Below are positions 9,675 through 20,292 of a stretch of DNA of 47,357 nucleotides, in pieces (position 1 is the stretch's first letter; each line of letters opens with the position of its first letter). Below the pieces are notes generated by a model that saw only the letters and a program-made list of their open reading frames with translations, was not told the DNA's origin and did no database searches. The stretch lies in NCBI GenBank assembly GCA_002256025.1, contig NKIB01014119.1, forward strand, positions 1 to 47,357, written 5' to 3'. The DNA comes from Asterionella formosa. Taxonomy: Eukaryota. The position numbers and the translations under genes were made by a program.

Positions 9675-11930
9675 TCATAACTTGAATATCTTTCGATCAT
9701 GATCGCACGTTGTACCCGGCATGACCCAATGAGGATCGTAAAACCCTTCCACACCAATTCGAAAATCCAGACTTACCCGAGTGTATGGTGTGGAATTCGC
9801 GTTTACATAATGCCGACATGAGGTACCATGAAAGGAAATGACTTGACCTGGATTGACAATCAGGGGGTGAAAGTCCCCCTTCATGTGTGATGACTCGGCA
9901 AACAAATCTACTTTGGTAAGATCACGATCCGTCAACGGTAGCCAAAAGTTTAGTTCTCCATTCTGATGGCCATATTTAGAATCGTGGTGTGTGTTGACAA
10001 ACGCTCTGGCGGGTCCAGGCTGAAGTCGAAGAGTGGGAGGTCGTTGACAGAAGAAGGTACATTTTTCTCCTTCCAAAATGACGTTGCCTTCAATCATGCG
10101 TCGCTTGAAGTACGGTAGAACCACGTCATTGACGAAACGATCAAAAAGATCTAAAAACGGACCATTCGCATACAATTGCCCAGACAAATAACTTTGCGCT
10201 GCTTCGCAGTGTCCACCATAATCACCTCGATTCAAAGATTGTGGTGGCAGACAAAAGTCATGTAGATACTGCTGCTTGGTTGTGGATGGAAAGGAACCAA
10301 CCAACTCATGTGCACACTGATCCAATATTGAGGCAATAGCTGCTGGAAAGTCGTACTCCTTCAAATCATAGTCCAAAACATGTTCACCACGAATGACCTT
10401 TGGGAGCCACAACATTGCTGTTTCTTTTGCGAACTGTTCCTTCGGTGCGTCCATTTCCGCTTCAGAAGTATATTTGACTCGGTGAGCTGAGGAGCGTAAC
10501 GTGGGAATACCAGTGTTGTACAGCAATGTATTTTCCTTTCCTTTCGACAATACAGTATTGTTTTTCTCCATGCTGGTGCTGTTTTTCATGTCTTCTTTAA
10601 AAATGCCGGGTAAAGGTAGCGAAATGGGGGAAATTCGCAATATATCCTTGTGATTGTTTGGAATACAGTACATGATACCACTTTTGGTCACAATGCCTCC
10701 CTCCCATTTGGCCGATCCCTTGCACGGCGACGGCAATAACCACGTCGAAACTTCTGGCGAAGATTTTTGCGTGTCAATCTGGAGCAGTGTTTCAGACGAT
10801 TGTGGTATGGCGTATATAAAAGTATCTCCACAACAGTGACCATTTCGCCACTTGTTGTGAAGAATTTTCTCCATCTTTGTGTCTACTAGATTTGGGCCCA
10901 CCTTTGTAACTCGCTTGTTCGTTGCATCGACTTGAATGACATACTCCGAACAATTCGGAATAGCATACACCATTCCATCTTGGCCCGTCGTGAGACCAGC
11001 GTACTTGAGTTTCCCATCCACTCGATGACGACCCGATTGAATGACATGTGTATGTTCCATCTCCTCCAGAATTGGCGGTTCTTGAGGTACGATGCATAAT
11101 ACGGTTTCTGCGTTTGCCGGAGCGCACACAATCGTCCCGTCTGTCGATGTAGTTCCTCCCTCCCACTTGTTTGTCCCACGATAGCTCCCATGGAGAGTCA
11201 CCACATTGTCTTGTGACAACGGCTGAATCCTGAGAACGGACAAGTGCGAATGTGGAATTCCATAAATGGCTCCATCCTTGCCCACAACACATGCATTCCA
11301 CTTGTAGCGACCTGGTTCGGCAGGGTAGGACACTAGCAATTCCACCGAGTCCGTGGTTGGATTTATTTTCAAAATATGCCATGCGGATTGCGGAATAGCA
11401 TAGATACATCCATCGCTTGGTGAAATGGCTCCACAGCGGTACTTCCATGTCATCTGACGCTGAATGTCCGCCTGTTTGTCCCTGTACGCCTCCTCATATG
11501 GAATGTCAAGGGTAGTCACTTCTCCTGTCGGTACATGGATGCGCAAAACTGTATCTGCGTGACACGGGAATCCATAAATGACGTCTCCACTGGCCACTCC
11601 CTGCATCCACTTGTAGTTTCCAGTCCACGTCGGTCCAATGGACTGCACAGTGTGGGTAGATGTATCAATCTTAAGAACACGAGTGGCTTGATTGGGGATG
11701 CAATAAATGTTTGAGTCGCTGGAGCCTATGCCTAATACTGCACCAGAGTACCTGAACGTGCAGCTTCCTGCAAGCTCATGGAAGTCGTTGTCATTGTCAT
11801 TGTCGCTCGACAGATACGACAAGCAGGGACCTCCCTGCGATGTGTAATCCACATGATGATGATGTTGTTGTTGATGTTGATGCAGAGGTTGGCGCTCTGG
11901 TCCAGTGTCTTCGCCTTGTTCTTTGTCCAT
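9675..11930 (-). CDS. Beta-propeller-like repeat protein fused to a C-terminal 2OG-Fe(II) dioxygenase-like (StrG/PhyH-like) domain
   Basis: About 8 repeats of W..G.....G.IYxIP..A..VLxI. C-terminal QRPPTLRLQP, H-x-D (THHDSKYGH), NFWLPLT, distal His (CRHYV) and RVSLDFR. Confidence 0.75.
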   Translation of the reverse strand: MDKEQGEDTGPERQPLHQHQQQHHHHVDYTSQGGPCLSYLSSDNDNDNDFHELAGSCTFRYSGAVLGIGSSDSNIYCIPNQATRVLKIDTSTHTVQSIGPTWTGNYKWMQGVASGDVIYGFPCHADTVLRIHVPTGEVTTLDIPYEEAYRDKQADIQRQMTWKYRCGAISPSDGCIYAIPQSAWHILKINPTTDSVELLVSYPAEPGRYKWNACVVGKDGAIYGIPHSHLSVLRIQPLSQDNVVTLHGSYRGTNKWEGGTTSTDGTIVCAPANAETVLCIVPQEPPILEEMEHTHVIQSGRHRVDGKLKYAGLTTGQDGMVYAIPNCSEYVIQVDATNKRVTKVGPNLVDTKMEKILHNKWRNGHCCGDTFIYAIPQSSETLLQIDTQKSSPEVSTWLLPSPCKGSAKWEGGIVTKSGIMYCIPNNHKDILRISPISLPLPGIFKEDMKNSTSMEKNNTVLSKGKENTLLYNTGIPTLRSSAHRVKYTSEAEMDAPKEQFAKETAMLWLPKVIRGEHVLDYDLKEYDFPAAIASILDQCAHELVGSFPSTTKQQYLHDFCLPPQSLNRGDYGGHCEAAQSYLSGQLYANGPFLDLFDRFVNDVVLPYFKRRMIEGNVILEGEKCTFFCQRPPTLRLQPGPARAFVNTHHDSKYGHQNGELNFWLPLTDRDLTKVDLFAESSHMKGDFHPLIVNPGQVISFHGTSCRHYVNANSTPYTRVSLDFRIGVEGFYDPHWVMPGTTCDHDRKIFKL

Positions 11931-12558
11931 CTGATCTGATCTGAACAGGGAACAGGGTTCCTGAAATGCAACGGCGTGTGTGCACTTTTATTGTCAATCG
12001 TATACTTTTCTAGGTCTAAACTACCTGTATATACTACAGTACACAGTAATACGACGCCGATGAAGCCCTGCTACAATACCCTGACACTCCTACCGGTATT
12101 TAGACCATTGAGTCGATCTACCGGTATCATGATTGTGCCATCTCCGCGGCCGATGAACAACTAATATAAAATGGTATGTACATCAAAGATCAGTGGTTAT
12201 TTTGATGCCGGCGTCTGCCCGGCTGTGGTGATCAGATAATTTTGCTATGGGCAGAAACAGTGTGAGGACCTCCTGGATGTTTATTACCTACTGTACAAAA
12301 AGACTAATGAATGTTCATCTATTCGTATTTTATACGAGAATAGAGACATGAAACAACAAGACAACAAAGCAACACAACCAATTTCACATGCAAGAAAAGA
12401 TAAAGAGGACATATCCCTCAATGCAATTCATGACATGCATGCTGGTGATGTCAAGTCAAATACCAGTATAGCCATACCAATGAGCTTTAAAATCACATTG
12501 GTCAAAGTTTGTTTACTTCTTTAAAAGTTGAGGAAGAAGTATACAGTACTGGTAATTC

Positions 12559-13356
12559 TTATTGATTGGATGGTTCCTGTGCCATCTGCAACAGTTTGTT
12601 TTGTTGATCCTCTGTCAAGCGATGTACACCAAGCTGGGTTGATATGACAGCCACTTCTACTGGTAATCGTTGCAAGTCTTTGTCATCAGTGGACAAATCC
12701 AACAGTGCTTTTACCATCATTGGGAGGGACACAGAAAGCAAAAGGTCTGAAGTCAAGTTAGTGCTCTCCAATTTTTGCCTCACTTTCATTGGCTGAATCC
12801 CTCCAGTTATATGAAACTGGTCATCACTGTTCAGAGTGAGGACTCTCCCAGATGGGTCAGTCTGGTACACTGTCAGTGATGTTGAGTCTACAACCCACAA
12901 TGTGGCTCCAAATGGTCGCAGACCACCCCCAAACGAATGCTCTTGGCATTTGGTTGCGACAGCAGTTGCCACTTGCTTTGCCGTCAACCTGGATCCATAC
13001 ATTCGAACATGAGCATCATCTTGATCATACACATGATGCAACAAGGCAACCGTATCAGAAAGTATCCCACTCCACCCAATCAAAATAGTATCATGAAAGA
13101 TCACCAGACGGGGACAACAGACAATCATCATGCTTTCATTGTGGCGAAATGACACCATGCCAAACATGGAATGGTCAGAAGCACGAGCCGCGTATTCCAC
13201 TTGGAGCAACCGACCATCCGGGGTAAATTGTGGTGTGGTCATGTCATACTGATACGCGTTGTAGTTAGATGACGATGTTGTTGCGCCGGTACTACCGGTA
13301 GTTATTGTCAGTACTATAACTAGAAGGAGAGCAACAACTCCATGGAGCGAAGTCAT
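12559..13356 (-). CDS. Divergent 20S proteasome alpha-type subunit with N-terminal signal peptide
   Basis: Alpha-subunit signature YDMTTPQFTPDGRLLQVEYA, plus SGILSD, RPFG and YQTDPSG. Hydrophobic leader MTSLHGVVALLLVIVLTITTG from ATG 13356; an in-frame upstream ATG exists at 13404. Confidence 0.85.
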   Translation of the reverse strand: MTSLHGVVALLLVIVLTITTGSTGATTSSSNYNAYQYDMTTPQFTPDGRLLQVEYAARASDHSMFGMVSFRHNESMMIVCCPRLVIFHDTILIGWSGILSDTVALLHHVYDQDDAHVRMYGSRLTAKQVATAVATKCQEHSFGGGLRPFGATLWVVDSTSLTVYQTDPSGRVLTLNSDDQFHITGGIQPMKVRQKLESTNLTSDLLLSVSLPMMVKALLDLSTDDKDLQRLPVEVAVISTQLGVHRLTEDQQNKLLQMAQEPSNQ

Positions 13357-13929
13357 GATGCTTGGATGAAGGAAAAAGGATTGTGGTGGGGGGAGCGATT
13401 TCATAAAACAAATTAAATGATTTCATTTGCTTTCGGTGTTTTCTTGGAAATGATCATTTGATCCTCCTCGTCCCTCTCGAGCGAGTCTCGTCGTCGTAAA
13501 AATAAAAAAGTATACTGTATACATGTTCATGTATATATAAGTATGTATATAATCATGTATATATATGTAGGAATACACTATAAAAAGACTCGGTGGGGTA
13601 AAACCGTCCTTTGCGGCGACGACTAATAGGGGCCTGCTGGACATCCGCTCAACATGGCGGATGAGGAGGGCGACGACTTGAATAAAAAGTTGCCTCATAC
13701 ATACATAGGAGTGTGAATCATATGTTAGACTTGCAAACCCATGTCGATAATGGCAAGTTACTTAATCTAAACCTCATTCTACAACTCGCTCTAAAAGATA
13801 AGTAGGAACGTAATAATTGGTACTGAAATGACGTTTTTCTACAGTGGGCAGGTATTGGTCTTATCAAGGAGGTACGATCGTCAAAGCAGAACTGTAGGAT
13901 ACCTGGAGTCTAGGGGTTACCTCCTTTCA

Positions 13930-15273
13930 CTACTCTGGTAAAAAATTTGGATCATAGCCTAATAATCGAAAGTCACTCTCAAACTCCTGTATGGCAGATT
14001 GTATCATTTCATCATTGAAGTAATCTCGCAGCGGCTTTTGTTCATTTTCTCGCTTTGCCTTGCCATATGCAGTGTCCATTTGGTGATCGATACGTCCATT
14101 GTGCGCTCTGACGTATTCTTTCAATTCTGGACTTCCTATGCGCCCCAAAAGAGATGGTAGATGTTGCTCCATGTGTTCAAGCCGGCAAATGTAGTCAACA
14201 ACTGGGCATTCATTCACGTCAAAGAGAAATGCGGCTTGCGGCCAATAATGTGCGGCATGAAGTCTACTGAACTGAGCGCGCTTGTTTCTATGCAGTACAA
14301 ATTGTTCAAAGCTGTAGTTGCTTTCATTTGAAGTCACGAGTAGATGTCGATGTTTCCTATCAGTCTTGCGGACGAGCCTTTTGTGATGGTCCCGAGCTAG
14401 TAGCTTTTCTATCTTTGCAATGTGGGTAGCTCGAGTAGGAGCGCCCTGAGTTTTCTGATCATGTCCCATCTTTCCCCTTGGTATTGCCAATGCCATGGCA
14501 TACTGTGAGTACAGGCGTGAATAAGGGTTCCGTACCACCGACCATACGAAGTAGTCAGGATAGGTGCGGAGTATTTGTGCGCACGGAACAACCTGAATCC
14601 AATCCGATCCTCGCTCACATGGTAATCTATGTGAACCACAGAGAGCCCTTTTTAGAAAATTCTTCATGGTCATACCCCCACTTTTCAATACATGGACATA
14701 CACAAATCGGTACTGGTGCGAGATGACACAGCCACGTGGTTGGAATTGTTGAACTTTTGTGCTTTTTGTGTTGTTGGAATGCTGTATTTGAAAATGCGAT
14801 CCACTTGACAGCACTGTGTTGGTGTCATTATTGGCACACTTTAGTAGTTTACATTGCATACTATGGATGCTGCGAGTCACACAAACGTTCGGGACATGAT
14901 ATTCCTCCGCTAAATCGGCAATCATGACATTCGAAACCGTTGGTGACGCTGCTTCATCTTGAGGCCGACCAATGACATTCACATGGTTCTCCCGAACGAA
15001 GCGGTTCTTGATTTTATGGGCAGTCATCATTTCTTGAAGTTTCATCTCTTGAATTGCGACAAGGGGGAGTTGACGTTTCCGTTGATGGCTGCTGCTGTGC
15101 TGTTGGAAAGGCCAAGGATGTTTGTCTGCGACTATTGCGTCATTGTCATTGTCATTGTCGTTGTCGTTGTGCGTAGCAGTATTCACCATGCTGCGGAATT
15201 CAAAAATCAGCTGTTGGAGTAACGAACAAAGACAATACAACACAATGAGGACAAGGAATCGTCTTGTCTTCAT
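13930..15273 (-). CDS. Golgi-type sulfotransferase (Sulfotransfer_2 family), type II membrane protein
   Basis: N-terminal TM anchor; 5'-PSB-like FVYVHVLKSGGMT; 3'-PB VRNPYSRLYSQY; HYWPQ; DYICRLE; C-terminal DFRLLGY. Confidence 0.85.
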   Translation of the reverse strand: MKTRRFLVLIVLYCLCSLLQQLIFEFRSMVNTATHNDNDNDNDNDAIVADKHPWPFQQHSSSHQRKRQLPLVAIQEMKLQEMMTAHKIKNRFVRENHVNVIGRPQDEAASPTVSNVMIADLAEEYHVPNVCVTRSIHSMQCKLLKCANNDTNTVLSSGSHFQIQHSNNTKSTKVQQFQPRGCVISHQYRFVYVHVLKSGGMTMKNFLKRALCGSHRLPCERGSDWIQVVPCAQILRTYPDYFVWSVVRNPYSRLYSQYAMALAIPRGKMGHDQKTQGAPTRATHIAKIEKLLARDHHKRLVRKTDRKHRHLLVTSNESNYSFEQFVLHRNKRAQFSRLHAAHYWPQAAFLFDVNECPVVDYICRLEHMEQHLPSLLGRIGSPELKEYVRAHNGRIDHQMDTAYGKAKRENEQKPLRDYFNDEMIQSAIQEFESDFRLLGYDPNFLPE

Positions 15274-15361
15274 GTTGGGGTTTGTCCATTTCTCAAATCC
15301 TCCTTAAACGTGGTTCAGGCCAAGTTCTGCCTTGTGCGAGCCACCACAATACCTTTACCAG

Positions 15362-15528
15362 TACCTGGTACTTGGTACCCTGGTACCTGGTACCAGATAA
15401 GAAGAAAGTATGAATGGTAGACTCTACCGTAAGATATGTACTCTATCATTGGTCCGATAGTATTTGGTACGGTACCCTGGTACCTGGTACGTGGCTAGCT
15501 GGAAGTACCTGGTACCTGGTACCTGGTA
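15362..15528. repeat. Cluster of 7-bp (TACCTGG)n units
   Basis: GTACCTGGTACTTGGTACCCTGGTACCTGGTACC at about 15361-15394 and GTACCTGGTACCTGGTACCTGGTA at about 15505-15528. Confidence 0.85.
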
Positions 15529-16045
15529 TGTATCGTATGTGTGGACCATCAGGCACCAGAGTCCCAGATTTATGACTGAACATAAACGATATGAGTATAA
15601 TTATATGTTTTGACATTCATGATTCAAACAGCGAGCCAACCAACAGCATGCTTGAATACCAACGAATGTACCAGGGTACCGTATATATATACCGGTATCA
15701 TATGTTAAGTAAATCCTTTTGTGCCACATACTACCATTTTCCGAGTCTTCGTTACCATTCCAGCAAAACTGATGGACCCATCTTGCGAAAGCCTGCCTAT
15801 TACTCTGTGATCTACGATAGTCCCAACTCACTCACGAGGGTTTGCAGGAGACGAGCCGTCGAGAGCAAGGGTCGAGCAACAGTGGAAGCATCATACTTGT
15901 TGTTTGTACGAGGTTCTGTACAGAGTCTTTCTTGCATCAGTGCCTCATCTGTCGCGCCATCATCAGGAGGTTGCGTGACTCTTTTGATTCCTCTCGCTCC
16001 GCTTCTTTCTGCCGTTTTATTTTCTATAATAGCATACGTCTAGTC

Positions 16046-18643
16046 ATGGAAAGCCTGGGCATCGATTTCAGCGCCTCAGGGTCGGTGATGAACCAAAGCC
16101 AACTAGAAGAAAAGCGCCGGAAATGTGGAGAATGTCTCACTTGTGGCCAAAAGTGCTTTCAGAAGAAGTTCTTCCAAATGATTCCCATTGACGACCACGG
16201 CAAGGTGTTGAATGGCAGATGTCTCAGATGTAAACCCCTCAATGTGAATAATGGAGAAGCCATTCCAGCCGTGTCGCGACCTGCAACTCAACAAGATTTG
16301 GAGCGCTTCACGCGATCGCACTCACACGTAGTATTGGGAGAACCAGGGGTGAAACCCATGACACGACGAGTACAGAGTGCGAATCCTACTATGTCATTAT
16401 CATCGGCAGTAAGTGCTGATTCGACAGGCGCGAGATCAATGCCGGCAGCCTCTCGACAGCTGACGGGAAGCGGGAATAGCAATGTTTCCAACGACGACAT
16501 GGATGGGGATTACGACAATTCGAGTTTGCGATCACGAGAGTCCTTATTGGGACATACAGATCGTTCGCAACGAATCAACTCGCGACAACTGAGTTCCTCT
16601 GGGGTCTCCCCCTCCTCTGGTTTGCGACGACAAGGAGACCTCGGACAAAGTACAGGGAGTATGGATAGCACAAGAAGCCAGGCGTCTTCTCCCCGTGCAA
16701 TCCATACAATCCAGCCGCCACCATATCTCGCGGTATCTCCTATCACTGAAGGCATCGTCAAAGTGCCGAAAAAGGTGGACGAGGATTCTGGCCGGTTTCG
16801 GCAAGCAACGGTTGGTTCCATGGCGGCACATCAACTTGCCAATAACTTCCGATCAAACCGCAAGCATGCTCCTCCGAAATCAGCAAGGGCCGTTGCATCC
16901 ATGTCCACTGGAAATTATGACGATGATGCGGATCAGGAGGATTCATTTGGATCTCTGCCTAGCCAGGGTCGGTCAAGTCTGAACTCTACTGGGAACTCGT
17001 ACAAGACCGACGACGATGGCATCGATTTTGAGCCCGAGCATGGTATACTGAATCGAGGAGGTACAATGCGATTTGATCGCCCCAGAATGCCAGAGAATTT
17101 TGGAGTAGATGCTGGTATAGATCAACCTTTCGTGCCCTTCTCGGCAATGAAATCCGAAAGCAGCAGGACGATGAGCTCCATATCTTCCTTGGAGGACGAC
17201 AATGCTTTGAATGGACGGCAGCGATCATGGAAACATTCTACGCAGTTCGCAAATTCGCGCTCAAAGTCGGCCGTTCTTGTTGAAGATGACAGTGATGGAC
17301 AGTTGTCATCCCTGTACTCGAAAAATTCATTCAATGCGTCAAGCAGGCAGGAGCAAGAACATGTTTCTTTAGAATCGCTCATGTGTGAAGACGACTATCT
17401 TGTGATCGTGGATGTAATGCAAGCAAACAAGCATTCTAGTCAAGTTCAAAATGAAGCATTGAAGAATCTATCAAACTTGCACCTCACGAACGACCAATTT
17501 GATGATATATATTCGATTGGTGGCTTGGAAACCACAGTAATTGCAATGAGGACCCATCCGCACAATCTCGAGCTTCAAGTCAACGGTTGCCTAGCAATTT
17601 GGAATCTTAGTGCCACGCAGCGAAACCAGATCAAACTTGTATCCTGTGGTGCTTTGGATGCAATCTTAACAGCCATGAACAACTTCCCAGATGAGGCTGA
17701 GTTGCAAGAGAAAGCTTTGGCGGCCCTTTCAAATCTTGGGGCAGCGGAAAGAAATCAAGATCAGATCATCGAGCGTGACGTTGTTGGCAAGATTGTCGAA
17801 ACCATGAGTAGACATTCGGAAAACTGCAACATCCAGGCGAAGGCTTGTGTAGCCATCACAAACCTTGCCTCATATGAGTCTCCCATCAAACAGAAAATAA
17901 TGGAGTCTGGTGGATCTGGTGCAATTGTGATATCGATGGCTATGCACCCAGAAGATGTGGACTTGCAAGAGAAGGCGCTCCGTGCACTGAGGAATATTTG
18001 TGCAAACTCGGATGAGAACAAAGTAGAGGTGGCTAATGTGGGTGGCATTGATACTGTAATCAGTGCAATGCAGGTGCACCGCGATGAGCCCGGAGTACAA
18101 GAGGCGGGAGCATGGACACTTTCAAATCTGGCTGTGAACCTCGACAATAAGGCAGTGATTGGTGACAGTGGCGGAGTCGATGTTGTTATCCGTGCAATGT
18201 GGGTTCATTCTGACCATGTTGGTGTCCAAGAATGGTGCTGTCGGGCGTTGTGGACTTTATCGGTCAACACCCAAAATCGGGAGATAATGATTGAGGTCGG
18301 AGGAATCTCTGCAATTATCAACTGCATGCAGGCGCACACAGATGCTGCAACAGTGCAAGAGAAGGGGTGCGGTGTCTTGAACAACCTGGCTGCCACTGAT
18401 GACGCATGTAAAATTCGTATTGTTGAGGAAGAAGCTCTAGATGCCATTGTTATGGCAATGGTTCTCCACTCTGACAACTGTGGTGTTCAGGACAGGGCTT
18501 GCTCTGCTCTCAAGCGGCTGGCAATCGCCCCTAACCTAAAACCCATGCAAGCCGCGAATGTTGCAGAACTGGTACGACAAGCTGGACATAAATTCCCAGA
18601 GCGTTGCGGAGACAAGGCAAAGCAGATATTAAAGCTATTGTAA
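16046..18643 (+). CDS. Armadillo-repeat protein with N-terminal Cys-rich (CxxC..CxxC) module and long Ser-rich linker
   Basis: Tandem ~43-aa repeats (GG...V..AM..H....VQE.gc.AL.NLa) in the C-terminal half; CLTC..C and CLRC at the N-terminus. ATG at 16046. Confidence 0.85.
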   Translation: MESLGIDFSASGSVMNQSQLEEKRRKCGECLTCGQKCFQKKFFQMIPIDDHGKVLNGRCLRCKPLNVNNGEAIPAVSRPATQQDLERFTRSHSHVVLGEPGVKPMTRRVQSANPTMSLSSAVSADSTGARSMPAASRQLTGSGNSNVSNDDMDGDYDNSSLRSRESLLGHTDRSQRINSRQLSSSGVSPSSGLRRQGDLGQSTGSMDSTRSQASSPRAIHTIQPPPYLAVSPITEGIVKVPKKVDEDSGRFRQATVGSMAAHQLANNFRSNRKHAPPKSARAVASMSTGNYDDDADQEDSFGSLPSQGRSSLNSTGNSYKTDDDGIDFEPEHGILNRGGTMRFDRPRMPENFGVDAGIDQPFVPFSAMKSESSRTMSSISSLEDDNALNGRQRSWKHSTQFANSRSKSAVLVEDDSDGQLSSLYSKNSFNASSRQEQEHVSLESLMCEDDYLVIVDVMQANKHSSQVQNEALKNLSNLHLTNDQFDDIYSIGGLETTVIAMRTHPHNLELQVNGCLAIWNLSATQRNQIKLVSCGALDAILTAMNNFPDEAELQEKALAALSNLGAAERNQDQIIERDVVGKIVETMSRHSENCNIQAKACVAITNLASYESPIKQKIMESGGSGAIVISMAMHPEDVDLQEKALRALRNICANSDENKVEVANVGGIDTVISAMQVHRDEPGVQEAGAWTLSNLAVNLDNKAVIGDSGGVDVVIRAMWVHSDHVGVQEWCCRALWTLSVNTQNREIMIEVGGISAIINCMQAHTDAATVQEKGCGVLNNLAATDDACKIRIVEEEALDAIVMAMVLHSDNCGVQDRACSALKRLAIAPNLKPMQAANVAELVRQAGHKFPERCGDKAKQILKLL

Positions 18644-20292
18644 TTTTGGCAGGCAGTGATCAATCAGAAACACTGAATATCAGTGTGCTTTTTTACAAAT
18701 CATGTCAGTCTTGGTATTTTACACGCCTTAAGTAATGTTGACCTTTGCTGATGTATGGAATCATACAGTTTTTCATGGCTGGCAACGAAACTGACTTTTA
18801 TTACTATCAAATCACCTGCTGTAGTAACTGGTACTTTATCATAGGTCTATTACCAACCAATCCCTTCAACAAAGCATTTTCCATTAATTATCATGCACCT
18901 AGAATATTCATCATCAAGAAACAATCCTGTCGAGAATCAGGAGTAAAATGGTATGTGATGGTATATACCAATCCATTGGTACACTCCATTTCCATTCATA
19001 GTCACAATAGGAAATCAGCCTGCAAGGAAATTTCTCATTCTTAAACTCCTCAAACAGACCAGCAGGCAAGTATGTAAGACAACAAGTAGCAGCTGCTTGC
19101 AGAATCAATCTCTATTTTTTGTGATTTCAATTAGAGTATTCTTACTTTCACAGTGAGAAGAATATATTTTGTTATCTTAGGCATTCAATCAGTACCACCA
19201 ATATATTGTTGGCAACGACAATGGCATTGCCTGGTATTGCCAAAATAATTGAATGTTTATCATGGTCACTGAAGGTGTAACAATATAAAAAGGAACCAAC
19301 ATATTTTGTCAAACCATCAAAGGCTTACATGACAAGGAGATATTGCTGAAACTGAAAGGTGAAAGACAGAGCGACGATTGTACAGGATTAGAGTAAATAT
19401 AATACTGTTCAAGAGTCCTAGAAATTACTAAAACTAGATGAGCTACCATCCACCATCACACCAGCATAATCATCATTGACAACCAAGTTGACCATTGAAT
19501 GGGTCAAAAAACCATGACTCCCCTTTGTTGTTGCTTGACTACATTGGGCAAGCATTATTGCATTGCTGTTCACTCATCCTCTCGCAATGCATGCTCAAGC
19601 ATCCAAAAAGCCCATGGAGTGAATGGTAGTAAGTGTCACTACCTACCAAGGGCCAGGACTCAATGAGGAAGGCATTCCTGGTTGATTATTATCACAATAG
19701 TAAGGCATTGATGGTGAGGATCAAGGAATGGCAAACAGAGGTATTCATCATGGTGAGTGAGCAAAGTGATTGAATGCAAGGTTGTGGCTGAGCATATATG
19801 GCAGGTGTTGTCCAGAGAGTCATGATGATTGAATGTTAACTAGACTGATGTTATATTCAGGCAAATTCCTTAATTAGTGTTACCGGTAGAGTAAATGAAC
19901 ATGAAATATTCGACCTACTTTTATGTATCATGCGAATTAAATATTTGGTGATGCAACATTTCGATCATACGACAAGCTACGGACGGCTGGGTACCCTGGT
20001 ACCCAATATACTTTAGTGGTGCACCGATTAATCATCAGCCACACCACTATATTTTATTTTATCTGCCAGATCACCATATTATTACGTACCGGTATGCTAC
20101 ATAATAAAAAAATGATACCTGGTACCAGGGGTACCAGCAGGGGGTACCATTATCAAACTCCGCGGCCCGCTGCGCCTGAACAATTTGTCAATCTTGCTTT
20201 CATTTTATAAAACATCACTCCTGGCTGCAGTCGTATCGCTATTCCTGCCTGCTGTCCCTTTGTCACAACTTCGCTCGCATTCCGCTCAAACC

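Noticed and set aside
10792..11448. 218-aa alternative-frame ORF and other short ORFs nested in or antisense to long genes
   Set aside because: Shadow ORFs without motifs, overlapping well-supported CDSs.
15842..16045. N-terminal extensions in the ORF track from TTG/GTG starts (also 7477, 20185, 28121, 34700)
   Set aside because: Eukaryotic genes; downstream ATGs or spliced first exons explain the starts better.
18700..19900. Long ORF-poor intergenic stretch, possibly old TE
   Set aside because: No termini, repeats or protein motifs that I can support.
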